Shown here: positions 50,650 through 59,679 of the stretch, piece by piece | How positions within the stretch are numbered: position 1 is the first letter of the stretch | Layout: every line of letters starts with the position of its first letter | Source: an uncultured Candidatus Saccharibacteria bacterium | Lineage (GTDB): Bacteria; Patescibacteriota; Minisyncoccia; Phycocordibacterales; UBA918 | Assembly: GCA_964350645.1 (NCBI GenBank) | Contig: CAYGJY010000002.1 | Span: 97,538-161,537 of the forward strand | Length of the DNA stretch: 64,000 bases | Direction: 5' to 3' | Translations under genes and position numbers: made by a program | The notes under the pieces: model-generated | The model's input: only the letters and a program-made list of their open reading frames with translations | Database searches by the model: none | Told to the model about the DNA's origin: nothing

Positions 50650-52128
50650 TTAGCCTACCTTATGTTCCCATTCGATCGCTTTGATAGCGGCCGCTTCTTC
50701 TTCGGCTTGTTTAGCACGGCCTTTTTGTGCCAAAGCTTCAAGCTCTGAAATATCCATAGCTAGCAAGGCTTTTGTACGGTTATCCAGGTATTCTTCAGTG
50801 TTTTTCCCTGGGTCTTCCAACACCTCTTCCAACAGTGCATGCAGTAGATATCCTAGCTTTTTCCCCGGCTTTTCCCCATACTTATCCATAATTCTATCCC
50901 CATTGGTCTTTAAGAGCTTCACGGAGATTGGGTCACGCAGCGCCTGATCAACCATCGCCTTGTATTTGCGGAAGCGAAAGGGTTGTTCTTTTGGTCTCCC
51001 GGTCCCAATCCGGTCACAGACGCGTAAATTGAGTAAATCTTCAATGTTTTCTTCGCCAATGCGAACAATGGTACGCCGGACCGCTGAGAGGGTGATTTCG
51101 TCTGGGTCTGAAAAAAACATGTGCCAGCGTACCAGTTTTTCGACTTTTTCGCTCATTTCACGCGGCATTTTCAGGCGTTTCATGATTTTCCGGGCCATTT
51201 TGGCACCCACTACCTCATGACCAAAGAAGGTATAGCGTTTGTTTTTGCCGCCTTCCCTACGAGTGGCTGGTTTGCCGATGTCGTGCAACAAGGCGGCATA
51301 GCGCATCTCAAGTGAGAAATCTTTGTCAGCCGCTGCTTGGCAAGTACGTAACAAGTGTTCGAATACATCATACGCGTGAATGCCGCCTTGTTCGCAGCCT
51401 TTGCTTGGGAGAATTTCGGGCAGGACATATTCAAGCATCTCCAGGCGATCCAAGAAGGCAATACCTTGCATTGGGGCGGCTGAAGCCATAATCTTAGAGA
51501 ACTCCTCAGCGATTCGTTCGATCGATATATGGCCCAAACGTTCACTATTTTTAACAATAGAACTCATGGTTTCGGCATCAATGGCAAAGTTGAGCTCAGT
51601 AGCTAGCCTCACAGCACGCATCATGCGGAGGGCGTCTTCGCCAAAGCGTTCATCTGGTTCGCCGACAGTTTTAAGGCGTTTTTTCTTAATATCCTCTTGT
51701 CCAGTAAATAAATCAACTACTTTCTCATCTTTTAAACGAAAGGCGATGGCATTGACGGTAAAATCACGACGCTTGAGGTCTTCTTCTAATGAAACACCAA
51801 ACGAGACTGAATCTGGTCGGCGACTGTCTGAGTAGCCACTTTCGCTACGGTATGGAGTCACTTCCACCACTTTCAAACGTTCATCATCGGTTGCTTCGTT
51901 CACAACCCCGACAGTGCCATAGTCGTTATTGCAGAATGTTTCTTCTTCGGTCCATAGCGCTCGGATCTGTTCAGGGTGGGCGTTGGTGGTAAGGTCCCAG
52001 TCCTTCGGGGTTTTGCCTATTAAAAGATCGCGTACACAGCCACCCACTAAGTAGGCTTCAAAACCGGCTTTTTCTAAGGTGTCAGCTACCTGTTGAACTT
52101 CGACTGGAACGTCAGAGCGAGTAATCAT
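50650..52128 (-). CDS. cca: CCA-adding enzyme / HD-domain nucleotidyltransferase
   Basis: LVGGCVRDLL, DWD, RRDFTVNA, EDALRMMR, LLHDIGKP; the three tRNAs in the window lack encoded CCA. Confidence 0.9.
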   Translation of the reverse strand: MITRSDVPVEVQQVADTLEKAGFEAYLVGGCVRDLLIGKTPKDWDLTTNAHPEQIRALWTEEETFCNNDYGTVGVVNEATDDERLKVVEVTPYRSESGYSDSRRPDSVSFGVSLEEDLKRRDFTVNAIAFRLKDEKVVDLFTGQEDIKKKRLKTVGEPDERFGEDALRMMRAVRLATELNFAIDAETMSSIVKNSERLGHISIERIAEEFSKIMASAAPMQGIAFLDRLEMLEYVLPEILPSKGCEQGGIHAYDVFEHLLRTCQAAADKDFSLEMRYAALLHDIGKPATRREGGKNKRYTFFGHEVVGAKMARKIMKRLKMPREMSEKVEKLVRWHMFFSDPDEITLSAVRRTIVRIGEENIEDLLNLRVCDRIGTGRPKEQPFRFRKYKAMVDQALRDPISVKLLKTNGDRIMDKYGEKPGKKLGYLLHALLEEVLEDPGKNTEEYLDNRTKALLAMDISELEALAQKGRAKQAEEEAAAIKAIEWEHKVG

Positions 52129-52300
52129 TGAGGTAATTGTATACCATCTAATCTATATTTACTTGCAGATTTATGCGATAAAAACATTGCGTTTTGTCTG
52201 ATTGCGACGTATAGTATTTGCCACTAGCGCTGTATGCAAAGCATACAGACGCTCGTTAGAAAAAAATATAAGTGCTAGCATTTCTATTATTTTCTCAATC

Positions 52301-52372
52301 GCGCCTGTAGTGAAATGGATATCACAACTGACTTCGGATCAGTTATTCTGGGTTCGAGTCCTGGCAGGCGCA
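52301..52372 (+). tRNA. tRNA-Arg(UCG)
   Basis: Cloverleaf; anticodon arm ACTGA-CTTCGGA-TCAGT, GGTTCGAGTCC. Confidence 0.93.
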
Positions 52373-52431
52373 CAGCCGCAAAAGCCCCAAATGAAGAAGT
52401 CTTTTGGGGCTTTTGTTATACTATTTCCATC

Positions 52432-52716
52432 ATGGAATTATCTGAACGATATTTACAGCAGTTAGAAAAAGAAGGCTTTGCCCGAGTCTATGACGATAGT
52501 GATGAACCCGGGACCGCCTATAAGCCGCATAGTCATCGAGGTAAGGTAACGCTGTGGCTGACTGACGGTGAGCTCGAGATAACTATCGCTGGTGAAACCA
52601 AGCATTATAAAGCTGGTGATCGAATCAATATCCCAGCGGGTGTAGAGCATAGTACCGTGGTGGGCAGTCAATCGCTTAACTATGTGGTCGCTGAGGAGAT
52701 TGTTGGTGATGCCTAG
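52432..52716 (+). CDS. Cupin domain protein
   Basis: PHSH..L.DGEL, AGDRINIPAGVEH. Confidence 0.85.
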   Translation: MELSERYLQQLEKEGFARVYDDSDEPGTAYKPHSHRGKVTLWLTDGELEITIAGETKHYKAGDRINIPAGVEHSTVVGSQSLNYVVAEEIVGDA

Positions 52717-52733
52717 TGGTATACTATCTGCAT

Positions 52734-52937
52734 ATGAAATCATATAAATCATTGGGCCTGGTCATGTTTTCACTGTTGGTGTTAATTGCAGCGATGCTGG
52801 GGCTATTGCTTATTCTTAAGGCTATCTCTTGGGCGGATGTGCTAGCTGCTACAGTGAGTATTTTTGCCGTCTTGGCACTCATCACTGCGGTGTCAGCAGC
52901 GTTTATTTTCATTAGTAAATCTTCCAAATCTGAGTAA
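52734..52937 (+). CDS. Small 2-TM protein
   Basis: TGGTATACT extended -10 just upstream; two hydrophobic helices. Confidence 0.6.
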   Translation: MKSYKSLGLVMFSLLVLIAAMLGLLLILKAISWADVLAATVSIFAVLALITAVSAAFIFISKSSKSE

Positions 52938-53041
52938 GCTCTGGTTGGGGTAATAAAAAGCTGGTCTGAGTGATTGGACTGGCTTTTTACATTGATAACT
53001 TTCATTCTGAACACTATTATAGTATATAATATACATACAAT

Positions 53042-53704
53042 ATGGTTCGAGATGAAGAAAAGTACCAGTTAGCAACGTATTATCGCAAACGCGGTTTTAC
53101 CTATGCTGAGATAGCTAAAATATGTAACGTATCTAAAGGAACCGTGAGTACCTGGTTGGCTAAAAAAGCTTTTTCTAAGAAAGTAAAAAAAGATAATCTT
53201 GTTCGTGCGGGTAAAGATAATGCTAAGCGGGTTAGCCTTCTCAATAAAGCACGCCAAACCGAACGCGCTGCCCGCTATAAAGAAGCAGAGCGATCAGCAG
53301 TGACAGAATACCGACACTATAAGAGTGACCCCTTTTTCATGGCGGCCTTGATGATTTACGACTTGTCAGGCGATACAAGAGATCTCTCGCGGATTCGTCT
53401 GACTTGTAAATCAATGTCAGCTCATCGCATTTTTATAAAGTTTCTACACCAATATCTTGGGGTAGAAAAAAATTTGGTTACGTGCTGGTTGATCATTCCG
53501 GCTAATGTGTCAGAGAAAACTGCATTATTTGCTTGGCAGAAGGTTACTAAGTTACCAGCCAGTCAGTTTGGTAAAACACAAATTTTGAAACAGACTGCCA
53601 ATACGTTGCACAATGGCACGGGAAATACTATAATCGGCAACACTGTTTTGAAGCGCAAGCTAGTAACATGGCTTGAATTAGCGACAAAAGAGCTCAGTAA
53701 ATAA
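53042..53704 (+). CDS. HTH-domain protein with degenerate LAGLIDADG-like C-terminus (tRNA-associated CPR family)
   Basis: RKRGFTYAEIAKICNVSKGTVSTWL HTH; stop 2 nt before tRNA-Gly. Confidence 0.65.
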   Translation: MVRDEEKYQLATYYRKRGFTYAEIAKICNVSKGTVSTWLAKKAFSKKVKKDNLVRAGKDNAKRVSLLNKARQTERAARYKEAERSAVTEYRHYKSDPFFMAALMIYDLSGDTRDLSRIRLTCKSMSAHRIFIKFLHQYLGVEKNLVTCWLIIPANVSEKTALFAWQKVTKLPASQFGKTQILKQTANTLHNGTGNTIIGNTVLKRKLVTWLELATKELSK

Positions 53705-53706
53705 AC

Positions 53707-53777
53707 GCGGCCATGGTTAAGTGGTATAACGGGTCCTTGCCAAGGATCAGTCGGGGTTTCGATTACCCCTGGCCGCA
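53707..53777 (+). tRNA. tRNA-Gly(GCC)
   Basis: GCGGCCA acceptor, GGTCC-TTGCCAA-GGATC anticodon arm, GGGGT-TTCGATT-ACCCC T-arm. Confidence 0.92.
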
Positions 53778-53887
53778 CACATTGAAAAAGATCAGGATTT
53801 GTCCTGGTCTTTTTCATTTCTGGCCGGCAATCGAAAATTAAACATAATGTAACCATCTGTAAGTAGATCTGGTATTATGATACGACT

Positions 53888-55039
53888 ATGGCTCGAGTTG
53901 CAATTACGGAGTATGCCGCCAAAAAATTGATATTTGGTGATGATTATCACGGGCTGACAGTTACCCCGAACACCGCTGATGATCTTAAGGTACCAACCGG
54001 AAAATACATTGTAAAAATCGATGTTGGGATCAAAAAACGCGGAAAACAAGGCTTAGTTCGACTTAACGTAGCTGCAGAAGATGTGCCTTCAGCAGCTAAT
54101 GAGCTTTTTGCGCTTGGCTACGATCGTTGTGTCGTGGAGGTGATGGTGCCACATGAAACAGATGAGGAGCGATATCTTTCGCTTGATGTGCACCGGACTG
54201 GCTTGCAGTTGATCCACTCTGAAAAAGGCGGGGTTGAGATTGAGGCGGCGGCTGAAGCTGATATCAAGCGGACGCTCGTGGCTTTGCAGGAATTTTTGAG
54301 CGGCACACCGTCGATCTCGATCGACGGTGTGCCGCTCCCCTACTTACTCGAAAAAATGGCAGAGCATCATTTTTCTTTTTTAGAGATAAATCCCTACCTG
54401 GTTGTAGAAGACAAGCTGGTAGCGCTTGATATGGCGGTTGAGATTGATTCAACTAAAGAAAACAAGCTGCCAGCGTGGGTGCATGAACATATTTTGCATA
54501 AAAAAGCGGCGAGTGAACAAGAAGCGCGCGTACTCGAACAAGATGCGCGCACCCAAGCCGCCCTTAATTTACATACCCTTAATCCAAATGGTTCGATTTT
54601 AACGTTACTCTCTGGCGGTGGCGCGAGCTTAGTTGGGCTCGATTCTCTCGTCACTGCTGGTCTGCAAGATCAGGTGATCAATTACAGTGAGTATAGTGGC
54701 GCTCCAACCCGGGATGAAACCGCTGTATACGTTGCTACGTTACTTGAAGTACTTTTCAATTCTACCTCTAAAAATAAGGTTATTTTGGTCGCCGGCGGGG
54801 TCGCAAACTTTACCGATGTACTTGCGACCTTCCAGGGAATTGTCGATGCGTTTACTGACAATCTTGAACAATTACAGGCGCAAAACGTGTACGTCTGTGT
54901 CCGACGTGGTGGTCCAAATCAAGAGAATGGCCTGGCTCATCTACGCGACTGGCTTGATCAGCATGATATTCCTAATGATGTCCACGACCCTTCCCTCTCG
55001 CTCGGTGAAGTCGGTAATTTAGTAACAAAACATCTATGA
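53888..55039 (+). CDS. aclB: ATP-citrate lyase beta subunit
   Basis: KKRGKQGLV, LEINP, GGGAS, NYSEYSGAP, GGVANFTDV, RRGGPN. Confidence 0.9.
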   Translation: MARVAITEYAAKKLIFGDDYHGLTVTPNTADDLKVPTGKYIVKIDVGIKKRGKQGLVRLNVAAEDVPSAANELFALGYDRCVVEVMVPHETDEERYLSLDVHRTGLQLIHSEKGGVEIEAAAEADIKRTLVALQEFLSGTPSISIDGVPLPYLLEKMAEHHFSFLEINPYLVVEDKLVALDMAVEIDSTKENKLPAWVHEHILHKKAASEQEARVLEQDARTQAALNLHTLNPNGSILTLLSGGGASLVGLDSLVTAGLQDQVINYSEYSGAPTRDETAVYVATLLEVLFNSTSKNKVILVAGGVANFTDVLATFQGIVDAFTDNLEQLQAQNVYVCVRRGGPNQENGLAHLRDWLDQHDIPNDVHDPSLSLGEVGNLVTKHL

Positions 55040-56760
55040 TCAACGACATTCGCACTAGTGAGCCGAAGATTTTAGTAGCCGGTAATCACGTCAAGATCAT
55101 TCAATCGATGCTGGATTTTGACTACGCTGCAGGGAAAGAATCACCGAGTGTGGTGGGGATTATTTCGGCCGGCCGTAAAACTCAAAAGTTTTTCTGGGGC
55201 GATGGTGAGATCTTGGTGCCGGTAGTGCCCGACGTTGAGGCAGCAAAAAAGGCTTCATTTGAGCCAGATTTCCTGCTTTGTATCACTTCGGCTTCGAGTA
55301 CACCACGGATGGTCGAGGCATTTTTTGCTGCGTTCCCAGCAGCTGTCGGCGCCCATCTCTTCGCTGAAGGGGTGGCCGAGCGCGATGCGCTTCAGTTGAT
55401 CGAAGCGTATGGCGAAGAGAAGCTTATTCTCGGTGCTTCGGGGGTTGGTCTTTGTGTACCAGGCAGCCTTAAACTAGGCGCTATTGGCGGTATTCTGGGT
55501 CCACGACTGGCTGAACTAGGTCGAACTCGTGGTCACACGGCGGTGATTTGCAGTTCTGGTGGTATGGTCAACGAACTTATGTACCAGGTCGTTGCTGCCG
55601 GCAGTGGGATTAGTTTTGCGGCTTGTTACGGAGGCGACCGTTTCCCTGTCACTTCCCCGCTACAGTGGCTTACACAAGCTCAAAACGACCCGGAGACCAA
55701 AGATATTGTCTACTTTGGGGAATTGGGTGGTGACGATGAGTATACGCTTCGAGACGCCATTAAGGCTGGCAATATCACTAAGCCAGTCTATGCCTATATT
55801 GCTGGCCGCTACGAAAGTCAGGATGAAACAATCCAGTTTGGCCATGCTAAAGCCCTCGCTAAAGCAGAATCAGAGACAGCGGCGGCTAAAATGGCTGCTT
55901 TGGCTGCTGTCGGAGTGAACGTCAGCGATACATTTAATGATTTTATGGCTACGTTCGCCTCGCTTTCACGTGAAACTAGCGTTGGCGAGTCAGTTCGGGA
56001 CTGGAATGAACGCCCGGCTCATCTACAGCCGACTGTCTATTCTGCCCCGGCGTATACTGGCGCCCATGCGGCCAGCTTTACCGAAGGTATTTTGGCTCGC
56101 ATTCTCGGTCGCAGCAGTGTTTCACGGGAAACCGCTGACTTTGCTGACTTGATCTTTGCGCAGTTGATCGACCATGGACCACATGTGTCTGGAGCGGTAA
56201 ATACTATGATTACTACTCGAGCTGGCCGTGACCTAAGCTCGGCCCTGGCTACGGGTGTCCTGACAGTTGGTGATCGCTTTGGTGGCGCTATCAATGGTGC
56301 CGCTCAGATTTGGCACGATGCTGTTTCACGTGGCATCACTGCCGATGAGCTGGTGGCAGACTACAGCCAGCAGCGCCAGTATATTTTAGGCATTGGACAC
56401 CGAAAATACTCAGTGTATAAGCCAGATCCGCGCGTACAAGCCTTGATTGAGCATGGTAAAAATGTTCTACGTGAAACACCTCACCTTGATTTTGCCCTGT
56501 CAGTGGAGACAATCACCGCTAAAAAGCGCGCTAACCTGATTTTAAATGTAGATGGTGTTATTTCAGCTCTATTTACGGACTATTTGATTGCCAAAGAAGA
56601 CTTTACTGCTGAAGACATTGCTGAACTTATCGATATTGAGTTTTATAATGCTCTGTTCCTCATTCCTCGTTCGGTGGGGTTTGTCGGAAATTATCTCGAT
56701 CAAAAACGCATTGACGAAGGATTGTTTCGTTTGGGCGACAAAGATAGCTATAATTTTTAG
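55036..56760 (+). CDS. aclA: ATP-citrate lyase alpha subunit
   Basis: QSMLDFDY, GELGG, QFGHA (phospho-His), DHGPHVSGA, GIGHR, NVDG. Confidence 0.9.
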   Translation: MINDIRTSEPKILVAGNHVKIIQSMLDFDYAAGKESPSVVGIISAGRKTQKFFWGDGEILVPVVPDVEAAKKASFEPDFLLCITSASSTPRMVEAFFAAFPAAVGAHLFAEGVAERDALQLIEAYGEEKLILGASGVGLCVPGSLKLGAIGGILGPRLAELGRTRGHTAVICSSGGMVNELMYQVVAAGSGISFAACYGGDRFPVTSPLQWLTQAQNDPETKDIVYFGELGGDDEYTLRDAIKAGNITKPVYAYIAGRYESQDETIQFGHAKALAKAESETAAAKMAALAAVGVNVSDTFNDFMATFASLSRETSVGESVRDWNERPAHLQPTVYSAPAYTGAHAASFTEGILARILGRSSVSRETADFADLIFAQLIDHGPHVSGAVNTMITTRAGRDLSSALATGVLTVGDRFGGAINGAAQIWHDAVSRGITADELVADYSQQRQYILGIGHRKYSVYKPDPRVQALIEHGKNVLRETPHLDFALSVETITAKKRANLILNVDGVISALFTDYLIAKEDFTAEDIAELIDIEFYNALFLIPRSVGFVGNYLDQKRIDEGLFRLGDKDSYNF

Positions 56761-56780
56761 TTCGGTACTAGCAATACTGC

Positions 56781-56823
56781 CACGTGAAATGGCCGGAAGC
56801 TTTGCTTCCGGCCATTTCACGTG
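56781..56823. terminator. 20-bp perfect hairpin between convergent aclA and def
   Basis: CACGTGAAATGGCCGGAAGC-TTT-GCTTCCGGCCATTTCACGTG. Confidence 0.75.
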
Positions 56824-56831
56824 TAACTCCC

Positions 56832-57353
56832 CTATTTCCCCCGCACGTGCTTAAGGTAGTATTCACGACTTACTAAACTCTGTGGATCAGCTAAGTCAGT
56901 AAAAAGAATTCCATTGAGGTGATTAACTTCATGTTGGATTACTCGAGCGAGCAAACCAGTAGCAGACATTTCACGTGAAACGCCTTTTTGGTCTAAATAT
57001 TTCAAAGTAATAGCAATGGATCGCTCAACTTTTCCAAATAAGCCAGGAATTGAGCCACATCCTTCCCAGTCAAGCGTTGTTTCACGTGAAAAGTCGGTAA
57101 TTTCTGGATTTATATACACCCGAAGTTCGTCAGTTATTCCCTTGCGAAACTTAGTTTCACGAATTTCTGTGACAATAATCTGCTTCGATACATTAAGCTG
57201 GGGCGCAGACAGTCCGATCAACTCTTCTCCTCGCATCGTATCAACAAGATCAGTAATGTAAGACTGAATTTTATCGGAATCTTGATTTGAAACTTCCTTA
57301 GCTGTTTCACGTAGAACCGCTTCACCAATTAGAACGCTAGGTTTAATAGACAT
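56832..57353 (-). CDS. def: Peptide deformylase
   Basis: GLSAPQ, EGCGS, QHEVNHLNG. Confidence 0.93.
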   Translation of the reverse strand: MSIKPSVLIGEAVLRETAKEVSNQDSDKIQSYITDLVDTMRGEELIGLSAPQLNVSKQIIVTEIRETKFRKGITDELRVYINPEITDFSRETTLDWEGCGSIPGLFGKVERSIAITLKYLDQKGVSREMSATGLLARVIQHEVNHLNGILFTDLADPQSLVSREYYLKHVRGK

Positions 57354-57406
57354 ATTCGGAGTATAACAAACTTTCTATCTTGATGTTTCCCGTGTAACAT
57401 AAGGAT

Positions 57407-58081
57407 ATGCTGAGCTTGTTAGCGGTAGTAATCATATATACGTTTGTCTTTGGTGTTGATTATTTGCGCTACCGGTCCAACCCGCTGACCTACCAGTATG
57501 TTTCACGTAGAACATACCTACTGTTTTTAGTCGGTATTCTCCCGATCATATACCTATTTTATACTGATTTTGAATCTTTTTTTGAGCATATTTATACTGA
57601 AATAGCCTTAATATCGCTATTACTAGCAATGATGTTGTTATTTAGCTATCTACTCAGCCGTGAGAGACTGCTTGTGTGTCATACATCGTCACGTACAGAA
57701 CGATGCTTAACGGCAGGTTATGTCCTTACTAAAGGTAAAGAGATTATGTTTCAACAGTTTTGTTACGCTGGGGTAGCCTTTTCTTTGGTTACTCTACTCG
57801 GGAGTGGTTTTTGGACCTACGTAGGCTATATAGTAATACTACTTATCATGCACACTCCTGTTATTTTGAGCATGAATGTTTCGGCAGCTAGTCGCCTAAC
57901 ATTAGGGATTCTAGTAATGGCCGCCCCACTTTTCTATATATTTATAGAGGTCCAACACTTTTGGCCCTCTATGTATTTACACGCATTGCTGTACGTATTT
58001 CTGTGGTTAACCTTTGCCGACTGGGAAGGAAAAATCATTCATGTTTCACATGAAACTAATAAAGTGGATAAGTGGGGATAA
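57407..58081 (+). CDS. Polytopic membrane hypothetical protein (possibly CPBP/Abi-like)
   Basis: About 7 TMs; KEIMFQQ and two His in TM segments. Confidence 0.6.
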   Translation: MLSLLAVVIIYTFVFGVDYLRYRSNPLTYQYVSRRTYLLFLVGILPIIYLFYTDFESFFEHIYTEIALISLLLAMMLLFSYLLSRERLLVCHTSSRTERCLTAGYVLTKGKEIMFQQFCYAGVAFSLVTLLGSGFWTYVGYIVILLIMHTPVILSMNVSAASRLTLGILVMAAPLFYIFIEVQHFWPSMYLHALLYVFLWLTFADWEGKIIHVSHETNKVDKWG

Positions 58082-58254
58082 CTGCGGGGATAGGTGGATA
58101 AAGGACAGTACTTAACAATACGAGTATTATACAAATACGCTTTAAAATATAGGTTTTAGTTATTTAATTCAGTCTTTTTAACAAAAACATACGTTTCACG
58201 TGAAACATCTATAATCAAGCCAGAGTTGATAAAATATGGCTAATAATATAGCTT

Positions 58255-58659
58255 ATGAGTAAAAAAGAACAAAATAAACAGATTGGGGATTATGGTGAGA
58301 AAATTACCCAAAACTACCTTAAAAGGCAAGGTTTTCAGATATTAGACACAAACTATCTTAAAAAGTGGGGAGAACTCGATATTGTGGCTAAAAATAAGGG
58401 TATTATACACTTTATTGAGGTTAAAACCTTAGCATATGATACAAAACTGGCTCTTGATAGGGCAGTAGGCACTGATTCTTGGCGTCCAGAAGAACAGGTG
58501 CATCAGTTTAAACTTAAACAGATATATAAAGCATTGGAATCGTGGTTGTTGGAGCATCACTATGAAGGAGAGTGGCAGATTGATGTGGCAGCTGTACGCT
58601 TAGTGGTGAGTGAAAAGTACGCTACTGTAAAACTTATCCAAAATGTCATCGAGGGCTAG
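58255..58659 (+). CDS. yraN: YraN (UPF0102) family protein
   Basis: GDYGE, NYLKKWGELDIV, FIEVK. Confidence 0.9.
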   Translation: MSKKEQNKQIGDYGEKITQNYLKRQGFQILDTNYLKKWGELDIVAKNKGIIHFIEVKTLAYDTKLALDRAVGTDSWRPEEQVHQFKLKQIYKALESWLLEHHYEGEWQIDVAAVRLVVSEKYATVKLIQNVIEG

Positions 58660-58780
58660 AAATATAGATATGTCCTTTATAAAGGACTCTGTCTTTTATA
58701 TGAGACAGGGTTGAGATTAGTTTTAGTAGTTATCGGCACAGTACAGTTTATTTGTTAGTTTGCCAGGTACAGTGTGAACA

Positions 58781-58819
58781 AAAGATGACGCCAACCTTAG
58801 AAGGTTGGCGTCATCTTTT
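58781..58819. terminator. Bidirectional terminator (tRNA-Pro / yraN)
   Basis: AAAGATGACGCCAACCTT-AG-AAGGTTGGCGTCATCTTT. Confidence 0.8.
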
Positions 58820-58828
58820 GTATGAATG

Positions 58829-58899
58829 TCGGGGAGCCGGGAATCGAACCCGGACCACACGGTCCCAAACCGCGTACACTACCACTATGCTACACCCCG
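58829..58899 (-). tRNA. tRNA-Pro(UGG)
   Basis: Reverse complement CGGGGTGTAGC...CGCGG-TTTGGGA-CCGTG...GGTTCGATTCC. Confidence 0.92.
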
Positions 58900-59217
58900 A
58901 GGCAGTGAGGGTCGTGGTGTGCTAGGCCAACAAAATAATGAGCAGAAAATCAAAGATTTCTTTTATTTTCTGCTCATTGTTTTGTTGGTGCAAGTGAAGC
59001 TTGCGGCAGACCGTGACCGAACAACGAGAGGGTGCAAGCTTCGCTTACAGCCGTCAACCTAACTTAATTAGGTAATTGAATGTGAATCCAATTTCGCGTG
59101 CCAAATAATACCATAGCAGTATAAAATTGCGAGTCTATCTATTGTGTTATGTAAAAGTAATGGTATTGTTCGTTCGACGCTCAGAGTGGGCGTTGAACAA
59201 CGATTAGGAGACTAACT

Positions 59218-59637
59218 ATGAATTACCGAGGTTTTAACTTCACCACCGACGGCGAGAATCCGGCGGTGGTCCCCAACAGCGAGGCGGCCGCCTCGCAGTT
59301 GGGCTACAGCGGTGTAGAGGAGGTCTGCATCGCGGGTATCACCATCACCGTCGGAGACGGTGAATCGACCTGGTTCGAGAAAGTCGGGGATGGCAAGTAT
59401 CGCTCTGCAGTCTTCGTCGAGGCAATGCTAGCCTACCGCGGACATTCGCGTGGGTTAATGTCCAAGATCGTCGTCGACGAAGTCTTCATGTTGGCCCTTC
59501 GGGGCTACATGGGCGAACGAGTCTGGGCAGAAGCCACGGACTCGAATGGCGAAAAGCACGGCTTTATCCGCGCGCTTCTGCGCGGGCAGGGTAAGGACGT
59601 CACCATCGACGTTACTTGGAAGAAACCGGCCGCGTAG
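59218..59637 (+). CDS. Hypothetical protein (GC-rich, accessory)
   Basis: AGGAG SD at 59206-59210, 5' hairpin at 59172-59198. Confidence 0.7.
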   Translation: MNYRGFNFTTDGENPAVVPNSEAAASQLGYSGVEEVCIAGITITVGDGESTWFEKVGDGKYRSAVFVEAMLAYRGHSRGLMSKIVVDEVFMLALRGYMGERVWAEATDSNGEKHGFIRALLRGQGKDVTIDVTWKKPAA

Positions 59638-59679
59638 CGGCCAGCAACCGCCCTGAATAGGGCAGAGAGGAAGGTCATC

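Larger units (their letters stand above)
55962..58207. repeat. parS-like site cluster (TGTTTCACGTGAAACA consensus)
   Basis: Copies starting at 55962, 56118, 56322, 56463, 56813, 56967, 57078, 57303, 57384, 57499, 58042, 58192. Confidence 0.85.

Noticed and set aside
52202-52431. ORFs 52202-52465 and the N-terminal extension of 52315-52716
   Set aside because: They overlap tRNA-Arg; the cupin starts at 52432.
53888-56760. Autotrophic rTCA, or succinyl-CoA synthetase
   Set aside because: The citrate-synthase-like C-terminus identifies ACL; no other rTCA genes are in the window.
55962-58207. Repeats as a CRISPR array
   Set aside because: 16-bp palindromes, irregular spacing, inside CDSs, no cas genes.
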